From Actinobacteria bacterium UBA7524 (lineage in GTDB: Bacteria; Actinomycetota; Coriobacteriia; Anaerosomatales; UBA912), in the NCBI GenBank assembly GCA_002478275.1, contig DLMY01000028.1:1-46802 (forward strand): a stretch of DNA of 46,802 bases, read 5' to 3'. Shown here piece after piece: positions 39,749 through 46,802 of the stretch. Numbering within the stretch: the first letter of the stretch is position 1; every line of letters starts with the position of its first letter. The position numbers and the translations under genes were made by a program. The notes under the pieces were generated by a model. It made no database searches. It saw nothing but the letters and a program-made list of their open reading frames with translations, and had not been told where the DNA came from.

Positions 39749-39799
39749 TTGCGCCAAAATAGCGCACCGTGCTATATTGTGAGTGCGAGCCCCTCTCGC
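39749..39799 (+). promoter_or_regulatory. Promoter, operator-like inverted repeat and hairpin of TA unit 2
   Basis: TTGCGC-18 nt-TATATT. Inverted repeat CAAAATAGCGC-acc-GTGCTATATTG (39755-39779), then GCGAG-cccct-CTCGC. Confidence 0.62.
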
Positions 39800-39831
39800 G
39801 TCGGAATTCGACTTGGAGGGGTCGTGTATTC

Positions 39832-40170
39832 GTGGAAGACGATGGACAACGGGACGAGAGGTCCGACCCCGCAGTTGACCTTCAGCAGGTCAAGGAGGCG
39901 GTCCGGTCCGGGCGCTACGAAATCACTGCACGCGTCCGACGACACATGCGCCGAAAGGGCTGGGTCTACGCGGACCTTGAGAGCTGCATCAGCGAACTTA
40001 CAGAGACCGATCTCCACAAGTCGCAGAGGCATCTGGATCGTCCCGAAGCGCGGCTGGACATATACCGGCCGAGGGTCCGAGGTTCGCGAAAGTACGTCAA
40101 GTTCTTTTGGGAGGAGCGTATCGGCGGCATCCTCGTCCTGTCTTTCTGCGACGACGGAGAGGCCCACTGA
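39832..40170 (+). CDS. mqsR: MqsR-family mRNA interferase toxin
   Basis: DL..VK..V, I..L...DLHKS, LDIYRP, YVKF, LVLSF match the MqsR pattern. Toxin-first order; GGAGG RBS before GTG 39832. Confidence 0.8.
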   Translation: MEDDGQRDERSDPAVDLQQVKEAVRSGRYEITARVRRHMRRKGWVYADLESCISELTETDLHKSQRHLDRPEARLDIYRPRVRGSRKYVKFFWEERIGGILVLSFCDDGEAH

Positions 40171-40182
40171 GAGGTGAAAGGC

Positions 40183-40638
40183 ATGATCGATCAGACGCGC
40201 AGGGATTGTCCGGTGTGCGGGGCCTCGCTGGCGATGCACTGGACCGACGAGCCGCTGCACGAAGAGTTCCGCGAGGGCACTTACGAGGTCACCGGATTCA
40301 CTTACGAGAAGTGCGACGCGTGCGGAGAGAGCCTGCTTCGCGCCGGCCAGGCGGACGAGGTCGAGAAAGCGGCAGTCGCCCTCGCGCGCGCCGATCTCGG
40401 TCGTCTCACTTCCGAGGAGATCCTAGAGCTCCGCCACGACCTCGGTATCACCCAGGCCGAACTCGAATCGCAGCTCGGAGTCGGCACGGGCACCGTGGGC
40501 CGCTGGGAGCGCGGCACCGTGCTGCAGGGAGCGACCGCAGACCGGCTCATGCGCATCCTGTGGTCGCACCCCGAGCTTCTGCCCGAGCTCGGCTACGTCG
40601 TCCGCGAGGGCCGGGGTCCCTACCGCAAGCGGAAGTGA
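40183..40638 (+). CDS. mqsA: MqsA/YgiT-family antitoxin, copy 2
   Basis: CPVCG..CDACG plus an HTH nearly identical to copy 1. GAGGTG RBS before ATG 40183; same 151-aa length. Confidence 0.88.
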   Translation: MIDQTRRDCPVCGASLAMHWTDEPLHEEFREGTYEVTGFTYEKCDACGESLLRAGQADEVEKAAVALARADLGRLTSEEILELRHDLGITQAELESQLGVGTGTVGRWERGTVLQGATADRLMRILWSHPELLPELGYVVREGRGPYRKRK

Positions 40639-40734
40639 CCTCGCGCCCCCACTAGCGCTACACTGAGAGCGCACCGACAGCACCGCGAGCTGCTCGCCGT
40701 TCGCGCCCTGCACCTGCAGAAAGGAACGGCCCGC

Positions 40735-41856
40735 GTGGTCCGGGATTATTCCTCGGCATCGTTCGTGTTCATCTCGAGCCGCATCGGCCCGACGCTTGGC
40801 CGCGTCGAGCGCCGCATGCTGCGCGTCATGGCCGAGCTCGTCGCCCGCGGATCGACGGTCCATCTGATCTGCACCCCGCGCCACCCGATCTGCGCCGAGG
40901 CCCGCGAGATCGGTGTCGAGGTCGCGCCGTACCATCTCGACAAGCTCAACTTCTTCCGCACCCGATCGCGCGTGCGCAAGTACCTCGAGCGCTACCAGCC
41001 CGTTCTCGTGCACTCGACCGGCCTGGACGCCGACATGATCGCGCGCTACGCCGCTCGCGGCATCCGCCCGGCCGCCGTCAACTCGCTGAGCTGCGTCGCC
41101 TGGCCCCGCCGGGGCGCCGGCCCCATCTCCACCGCCATCCGCCGCTACCGCGACCGCTCGACGCTGTCGCTCGCCGACGCGTTCATCGTCGACTGCACCT
41201 GCATGGTCGACCGCCTCGCCGCCGCCGAAGTCCCACGCGACTGCATCGTCGTCGATCCTCCGAGCGTCGACATCGCCGAGGTACTCCGCGAAGCCGAGGA
41301 GCCCGTCAAGCTCCCCGAACGCCCCGCCGGCCCGCTGATCGGCTACGGTGGCCGGATGGAGGAGAGCCGCGGGCTCGAGCACCTGGTCGCCGCCTCGGCC
41401 ATCCTGGACGCGCGCGGCACGCTCGCCGAGGTCGTCGTCGCGGGCGAGGGCCCGTTGCTTGCGCGGCTCAAGAGCGACAACCGCTCCTCGCGCGTGCGCT
41501 ACCTGGGCTACGTCGAGAGCGTCCCGGCGGTGCTCAAGCGGCTGCATGTCGCCGTCTTCCCGTCGGTCGGGCCGGGCGTACCCACCGCGCTGCTCGAAGC
41601 CGCCGCGCTCGGCCGCCCGATCATCGCTTCGCGCATCGAAGGCATCGAGGAGTTGTTCGAAGACGGCCTAGAGATCCGCCTCGTACCGCCGGGCGATCCT
41701 CGCGCGCTGGCGGCCGCCATGGCCGAGCTGCTCGCCGACCCCGCATCCGCGCAGGCGATGGGGGAGCGGGCGAGACTTCGCACCGTCGACGAGTACTCCT
41801 CGGCGGCATCCATCGATCGTCACATCGAGCTCTACCAGCGCTTCATGCGCGGCTAG
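40735..41856 (+). CDS. Glycosyltransferase family 4, divergent
   Basis: GT-B layout (GRME..RG, AGEGP, LGY, LLEAAALGRP), but several motifs are degenerate. Confidence 0.8.
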   Translation: MVRDYSSASFVFISSRIGPTLGRVERRMLRVMAELVARGSTVHLICTPRHPICAEAREIGVEVAPYHLDKLNFFRTRSRVRKYLERYQPVLVHSTGLDADMIARYAARGIRPAAVNSLSCVAWPRRGAGPISTAIRRYRDRSTLSLADAFIVDCTCMVDRLAAAEVPRDCIVVDPPSVDIAEVLREAEEPVKLPERPAGPLIGYGGRMEESRGLEHLVAASAILDARGTLAEVVVAGEGPLLARLKSDNRSSRVRYLGYVESVPAVLKRLHVAVFPSVGPGVPTALLEAAALGRPIIASRIEGIEELFEDGLEIRLVPPGDPRALAAAMAELLADPASAQAMGERARLRTVDEYSSAASIDRHIELYQRFMRG

Positions 41857-41941
41857 GGACGTCCGCGTCGGGTGTAGCCGGGCGGACTGCGCATGATCGT
41901 TCGCCGCCTGCACGGACGCCGCCGCGGTGACTAGATCAGCT

Positions 41942-41967
41942 GTTTGAGCTGGGTTCATTTCGGGTAT
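41942..41967 (+). promoter_or_regulatory. Candidate SigB/SigF-type promoter of the cytochrome gene
   Basis: GTTT-16 nt-GGGTAT; overlaps a possible TTGAGC-17-TATATA. Confidence 0.4.
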
Positions 41968-42068
41968 ATATAGCTGCTTGTCCTGCTGGGCGCCGTTCGA
42001 GGTTTCGACCGCGAGGGTTCACTTCGTCGGGGGGCACGGCCAGGTAGCGGTTTGTAGGTGTGAGCCGG

Positions 42069-44342
42069 ATGTTCCGTACACGCGGAACGCATGTCCTGCT
42101 CCTTCTCGCCGTGGGTTGCGCGTTGCTTGCGGTCCCTTCTGTTGCGCTTGCCGCCGGTCCCGGCTTCTTCGGTAACGCGAACTGCCTTGCGTGTCATGCG
42201 GCGCAACAGCCCTTCGACGTTCCGCCCGTCGATCGCGATACCGCGTGCCCCGCCTGCCATGCGACGGGACTCTTCGGAGCGCATCCCTACCACCAGCTAG
42301 GCGCCAACTGCGGCGCCATGTGTCATCCCGGCTGGGGCGAGACGCTGCTGTGTGCGGTCCCGACCCATCTCGACCCTGCTTCTGGCGGTGCATTCGCATC
42401 CGCGCTGTCCAAGAACGCCCCCTCGTCGATCATCCATGTCATCCATTCAGAGGCCCGGTGGCCGGGTCGGATCGACACCGCCAGCAGCGCGTGTTCGAGC
42501 TGTCACGCCGTCGCTGCGTGTACGGCATGCCATGTCGGCGAGGTGGCCGGGCGGCACGCGACGCACGGCGCGAGCGAGTACGAGCCGTGGACCGGCACGG
42601 TGGGGTACGGCGTCCCCGGCGGTGATCAGACGGTGCGCACCAGCGCGCAGGTCACCTTGCAGTGCGCGACCGGGGAGTGCCACGACATCCAGACGACCAG
42701 CGAGCGTCGACCGGCGCTTCGCGAGGACTTTCCGCACCGCACCGGCGAGAACGCCTCTGACCCGTGGATCACCGGCACGTGGTACACCCGCGCGAACTCC
42801 CTGCGCACCGGCGGGCGCAACAGTCTTTCCAGTCAGGCCGGCGCGACGCTCTCGATCGCCTTTTCAGGCGAGCTGGTCGAGTTGGTCACTGACAAGGACC
42901 CGTACCGCGGCATCGCCCAGATTCTCATCGACGGCGAGCTGGCCGCCACCGTCGATCTCTATTCGCCCACCACCGTATGCCAGTCGGTCGTGTTCGATTC
43001 CGGTCGGCTGGATGCCGGTCAGCACACGCTCACCGTGCGCGTGACCGGCACCAAGAACCCCAGTTCGCGCCACACCCTCGTCACCGTGGACTGTTTCAGG
43101 GTCTACGGGACAGTCCCCGGCTCGGTCGCTCCCAGCTGTACGGAGGGCTGTCACCCCGACCCTCACGATGTTCCCGCGATACACACCGGCGCACCCGCCG
43201 ATGAATACGTGCTCGTCTACGCGGAAGGGGAGCACGACAGCGAGATGCGCTGGGACGGCGTGGTCATGGTGAGCTGCGGCATGTGTCATGCCACCGAGCT
43301 CGGTGCGGCGCATGGGCAGGAGTGCCTCACGTGTCACGTTGCCCCCGCTGACTCTCTGGAGACGTGGGCAGGGGGGTGTCAGGAAGGTGACTGTCACCCG
43401 GCCTATCACGACGACGCGAGCGCCGCCCACCAGCCGGTCTCTGACCAATGCGACGACTGCCACGACTTGAGTTTTGCCGTCACGGCGGCCGCGTGCCCGA
43501 ATTGCCACGCTGTCTTCAACACCGGCGACTCGCTACCTCCGGTCACGACCTCGGACGCCCAGCCGGGGTACGTGGGTGCCGCCCGCATCCGCTTCTCGGT
43601 GACAGACGGCGGCAAGGTGGCGGTAGCCACCACCTATCATCGGCTCAACGGCGGGGCCCTGCGCGCCGGTTCGAGTATGTGGGTCGACCAGCCGGGCGCC
43701 TACACGCTCGAGTTCTGGTCGGTCGACCAGGCTGGCAACATCGAGTCGCCCAACACGGTGGTGTTCACCATCGCGACGGACGCGACTCCGCCCGTCACGA
43801 CCTCGAACGCGCAGTCCGCCTACTACGCTCCGGCGACCATCACGCTCACGGCGACCGACAACGGCTCGACGGGCGTCAAGGCGACGTACTACACGCTCAA
43901 CTCGGGGCCTGTTGAGACCGGCACGCGCATCAGTATCCCCCAGCCCGCCAGCGGCACCGACAGCTACACGCTCGAGTTCTGGTCCGAGGACTGGTCTGGC
44001 AACGTCGAGGCACCCAACACCGTCTCGTTCACGGTCACCGGCGGTGAGGGTACGATCCGGCTGGTGTGGGGGGATTGCGACATCACCGGCGACCCGCCGC
44101 CGGATGGCGCGTACGCGTACTGGTACATCCGCCGAGGATCGTCCACCGGAACCATCGTGCACAGCGGCTCCGGCTCGATGCCGGGATGGAGCGGCGTCGA
44201 TGACATCGTGCTTCCCGTGAGCGGGACGGCGTACTACGTCGACATCTGGTGGTACTACCCGCCAAACGGCTGGGAAGACAACACCGTCTTCCCGGACGTC
44301 CACATCAGTGAGCACGGCGATCTCGTGCGCTTGTCCTACTAG
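42069..44342 (+). CDS. Secreted multiheme cytochrome c with beta-sandwich and Ig-like domains
   Basis: Signal peptide ending VALA. Eight CxxCH plus CGAMCH, CTEGCH, CATGECH and CQEGDCH. Two D..PPVTTS..YTLEFWS.D..GN.E repeats. Confidence 0.9.
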   Translation: MFRTRGTHVLLLLAVGCALLAVPSVALAAGPGFFGNANCLACHAAQQPFDVPPVDRDTACPACHATGLFGAHPYHQLGANCGAMCHPGWGETLLCAVPTHLDPASGGAFASALSKNAPSSIIHVIHSEARWPGRIDTASSACSSCHAVAACTACHVGEVAGRHATHGASEYEPWTGTVGYGVPGGDQTVRTSAQVTLQCATGECHDIQTTSERRPALREDFPHRTGENASDPWITGTWYTRANSLRTGGRNSLSSQAGATLSIAFSGELVELVTDKDPYRGIAQILIDGELAATVDLYSPTTVCQSVVFDSGRLDAGQHTLTVRVTGTKNPSSRHTLVTVDCFRVYGTVPGSVAPSCTEGCHPDPHDVPAIHTGAPADEYVLVYAEGEHDSEMRWDGVVMVSCGMCHATELGAAHGQECLTCHVAPADSLETWAGGCQEGDCHPAYHDDASAAHQPVSDQCDDCHDLSFAVTAAACPNCHAVFNTGDSLPPVTTSDAQPGYVGAARIRFSVTDGGKVAVATTYHRLNGGALRAGSSMWVDQPGAYTLEFWSVDQAGNIESPNTVVFTIATDATPPVTTSNAQSAYYAPATITLTATDNGSTGVKATYYTLNSGPVETGTRISIPQPASGTDSYTLEFWSEDWSGNVEAPNTVSFTVTGGEGTIRLVWGDCDITGDPPPDGAYAYWYIRRGSSTGTIVHSGSGSMPGWSGVDDIVLPVSGTAYYVDIWWYYPPNGWEDNTVFPDVHISEHGDLVRLSY
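43527..44039 (+). repeat. Tandem Ig-like domain duplication inside the cytochrome gene
   Basis: Units start at 43527 and 43779. Exact 20-mer TACACGCTCGAGTTCTGGTC at 43701 and 43965. Confidence 0.75.
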
Positions 44343-44405
44343 CCGAGGAGACCCTGGCGCGCGACCGCCGCTCGCGCCGCCGCGCCGCGATGCTGCGGCC
44401 TCGTC

Positions 44406-45959
44406 TCAGCGGTCCCAGTCGTCCTCGTAGCGCACGATGTCGTCTTCTTCGAGGTACTCGCCGACCGCGACCTCGATCACGCGCAGCGTCACCTCGCCGC
44501 TATTCGCCAGCCGGTGTCGCGCGCCCGGCGTGATGTACGTCGACTCGTTGGCCGCAAGCTCGACGACCTCTCCGTCGCGCTCGACACGTGCCGTGCCCTC
44601 GACCACGACCCAGTGCTCGCTTCGCCGCTCGTGACTCTGTAGTGACAGCCGCTTGCCGGGCAACACCTCGATCAGCTTGATGTGGTAGCCCGGCGCCTTG
44701 AAGAGCGACGTCCACGTGCCCCAGGGCCTTATCGCCGTCCGAGGAGCCACGACCTCCGGCGCTCCCGCCGCTTTCAGCGCCTCGACCACGAGCCGCACGT
44801 CCTGCGCCCGCTCCTTGGGTGCCACCAAAGTCGCGTCCGCGGTGTCGACCACGAGCGCGTCGGCAAGCCCCAGCGTGGCCACGAGCCGGCCGCTCGAGTA
44901 CACGATACTGTCGTGCGAGTCCACGTCGACGGCCGGCCCGACCAGCACGTTGCCGCGCTCGTCCGCAGGCGCCAGCCCCCCGAGCGAGAGCAGCGAACCC
45001 ACGTCCGACCACTCCAAAGAGACCGGCAACACAGTGACCCGCTCCGAGATCTCGAGCACAGCCTTGTCGAACTGCACCGCCGGAAGCGCCTCGAACCGTT
45101 CGCGCGCGCTCGTGGACACCCATTCGTCCGGCGACATCGTTGCGATCTCCTCGGCGATCTGCGCGATCATCTCGCCGTGGCGAGAGTCCTCCGTCATGCC
45201 GCGCCGTCCCGCCGACCGGAGCTGCGAGAGCACGCTGGCCGCCCGCGCGACCAGCATGCCCGAGTTCCACAGGTAGCCGCCCTCGGCCAGGTACGCCTCG
45301 GCCGTGGTCTCGTCCGGCTTCTCGACGAAGCGATCGACCGCATGCACGCGCATCCCGCCGTCCTCAAGGCCCGGCAGCGCACGCCCCGCCTTGATGTAGC
45401 CGTACCCCGTCTCCGGCGCCGTCGGCTCAAGCCCGATCGTCACCAGCGATCCGCTTTCGGCCGCCTCGCATGCCAGCCGCACCGTGGCTTCCCACGCGGC
45501 CCCGTCCTCGAGCAGGTGGTCCGAGGGCAGCACGATCATCAGCGCCTCGGGGTCTTGTTCGACAAGGTACGCGGCGGCCAGCGCTATCGCAGGTGCGGTG
45601 TTTCGCGGCGACGGTTCCGCGAGGAATTCCGGCATGCCGAGGAGATCTCTTGGACTAGCCTCGGCACTCAGGTGGGTGCGAAGTTCCGGCAGGAGCCGTT
45701 CGCTGGTCAGTACGTGGAGGTTGCCCGGTTCGAGCAGCGGGGTGATCCGATGGAGCGCACGCGCGAGCAGGCTCGTGCCGCCGAACACGTTGAGCATCTG
45801 CTTCGGTGTGAGTTCCCGGGACAGTGGCCAGAACCGCACACCGCTGCCGCCTGCGAGAACCACGGCGTGCAGGTGGGGGATGCGCGAGAGCTGGTCGGTC
45901 GAGTGGGGAGAGGAGGTCTCCTTTGGCCGAGCCGTGTCGCGTGTGGAGTCGTGTTCCAC
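44406..45959 (-). CDS. manC: Mannose-1-phosphate guanylyltransferase / mannose-6-phosphate isomerase
   Basis: VLAGGSGVRFWPLSR..PKQ, EP..RNTAPAI, PSDH, PETGYGYI, FVEKP, WSDVGS, RPWG, LSLQSH..RSEHW. Confidence 0.95.
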   Translation of the reverse strand: MEHDSTRDTARPKETSSPHSTDQLSRIPHLHAVVLAGGSGVRFWPLSRELTPKQMLNVFGGTSLLARALHRITPLLEPGNLHVLTSERLLPELRTHLSAEASPRDLLGMPEFLAEPSPRNTAPAIALAAAYLVEQDPEALMIVLPSDHLLEDGAAWEATVRLACEAAESGSLVTIGLEPTAPETGYGYIKAGRALPGLEDGGMRVHAVDRFVEKPDETTAEAYLAEGGYLWNSGMLVARAASVLSQLRSAGRRGMTEDSRHGEMIAQIAEEIATMSPDEWVSTSARERFEALPAVQFDKAVLEISERVTVLPVSLEWSDVGSLLSLGGLAPADERGNVLVGPAVDVDSHDSIVYSSGRLVATLGLADALVVDTADATLVAPKERAQDVRLVVEALKAAGAPEVVAPRTAIRPWGTWTSLFKAPGYHIKLIEVLPGKRLSLQSHERRSEHWVVVEGTARVERDGEVVELAANESTYITPGARHRLANSGEVTLRVIEVAVGEYLEEDDIVRYEDDWDR

Positions 45960-46182
45960 GGGTCCTCCAAGACTCCGGGCGGTCCGTACCGGTGTGTGTA
46001 CTAGGATACCCCGTGTGGCTCACCTGAGGGTGCAGTGTATCGAATTGGCCGTTGGTCGGTATATTCGACCGCTCACTCTCCCGGGGAACCGATGGGCGGA
46101 TTGCGCGCTGATTCGGGGCGAATCGCCTCATGGTGGGCCCTGTTAACGCCGATTGTGTTGAGTAGACGGACCGTTCGTCTGT

Positions 46183-46211
46183 TTGACCGTGAATCACTGT
46201 TGATAGATAAT
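46183..46211 (+). promoter_or_regulatory. SigA-type promoter of the second cytochrome gene
   Basis: TTGACC-17 nt-GATAAT in an AT-richer divergent intergenic region. Confidence 0.55.
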
Positions 46212-46374
46212 GACTCACTAATAGGGGTGGGCGTCAGGCCTGTACAGGCATCTGACGACACAGGGGTCCGGCAGCCTCAGCCTCTACGTCATAGCGGCGT
46301 GGCCAGGCGAGACAGTGCGACAAGTGACGGTGCGTAGGTGGGCGCGCCGTTCGGACCGGGACAGAGGTGTCGTC

Positions 46375-46802
46375 ATGGGTGGCAGGCGGATCTGGGCGCG
46401 TTTCGCGCTACCTGCAGTGATGTTCATCACGATGCTTCTTGTCTTCGCCGCGGGGGCTTTCGCGGCCGAGAACAGGGATTGTCTTTCCTGCCATGCCATC
46501 AAGACACCCTTCTCCGTCGCGCCCGTCGACCGCGACACTGTTTGCATAAAGTGCCACCTTCCCGAGTTCGCATTCACCCATCCTTACCACCAGATCGGTT
46601 CCACGTGCGGCGCGATGTGTCATCCCGGCTGGGGCGACACGCTCATGTTCGCAGTGCCCTCCCACGTCGATCCCTCATCGGGCGCCGCGTTCGCTACCGA
46701 GCTTTCGAAAGACACCGACTCGTCTTTGCTCCACATCATCCACTCGAAGCCCCGCTGGCCGGGCGGCGTGGATACCTCGGTGAGCGCGTGTTCGAGCTGT
46801 CA
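46375..46802 (+). CDS. Secreted multiheme cytochrome c, paralog of 42069-44342 (partial, runs off the window)
   Basis: AGAGGTG RBS. MGGRRIW..AGAFA signal peptide, then CLSCH, CIKCH, HPYHQ, CGAMCHPGWG, RWPG, CSSC. Absent from the ORF track. Confidence 0.92.
   Translation, partial: MGGRRIWARFALPAVMFITMLLVFAAGAFAAENRDCLSCHAIKTPFSVAPVDRDTVCIKCHLPEFAFTHPYHQIGSTCGAMCHPGWGDTLMFAVPSHVDPSSGAAFATELSKDTDSSLLHIIHSKPRWPGGVDTSVSACSSC

Noticed and set aside
38997..40638. TA repeats as a CRISPR array, integron or DGR template/variable repeat
   Set aside because: The repeats are coding and differ mainly at synonymous sites without adenine bias. No cas, integrase, attC or reverse transcriptase is in the window.
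41970..42068. Shared riboswitch (e.g. c-di-GMP) in the two cytochrome leaders
   Set aside because: Only short words are shared (GGCCAGG, GTAGGTG, GCGCCGTTCG), in different order, and no GEMM consensus is visible.
1..46802. tRNA (including selC), rRNA, transposase or integrase genes
   Set aside because: None recognised on either strand. N-gaps could hide short features.

Overview
High-GC bacterial scaffold with six N-gaps. Gene style, actinobacterial TANNNT and leaderless promoters, a Sec formate dehydrogenase and secreted multiheme cytochromes suggest an anaerobic Coriobacteriia-type actinobacterium; this taxonomy is inference. From left to right: (1) wecB, a GT-C-like membrane protein and galU. 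(2) A minus-strand Tat-exported selenocysteine formate dehydrogenase operon (fdnG-fdnH-fdnI-fdhE). The ORF track splits fdnG at its in-frame UGA, which is followed by a SECIS hairpin. A Moco/Tuco-class riboswitch lacking P3 lies upstream. (3) An HTH-MNT/HEPN pair. (4) A ~26 kb surface-glycan island with a pseudaminic-acid-like pathway (pseB, pseC, SAF-less NeuB, SpsF, GNAT-PseG fusion) and unusual tailoring genes (ATP-grasp, class III aminotransferase, IolB, GH57-like, asnB, pyruvyl- and methyltransferases). An antisense NYN nuclease gene with a structured leader interrupts it. (5) A tandem MqsR/MqsA-type array in which the antitoxin HTH half is nearly constant while the toxin and Zn-finger half vary. 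(6) manC between two paralogous secreted multiheme cytochromes c, the second missing from the ORF track. The best candidates for new biology are the modular MqsRA array, the NYN plus leader RNA, and the nonulosonate tailoring cassette.
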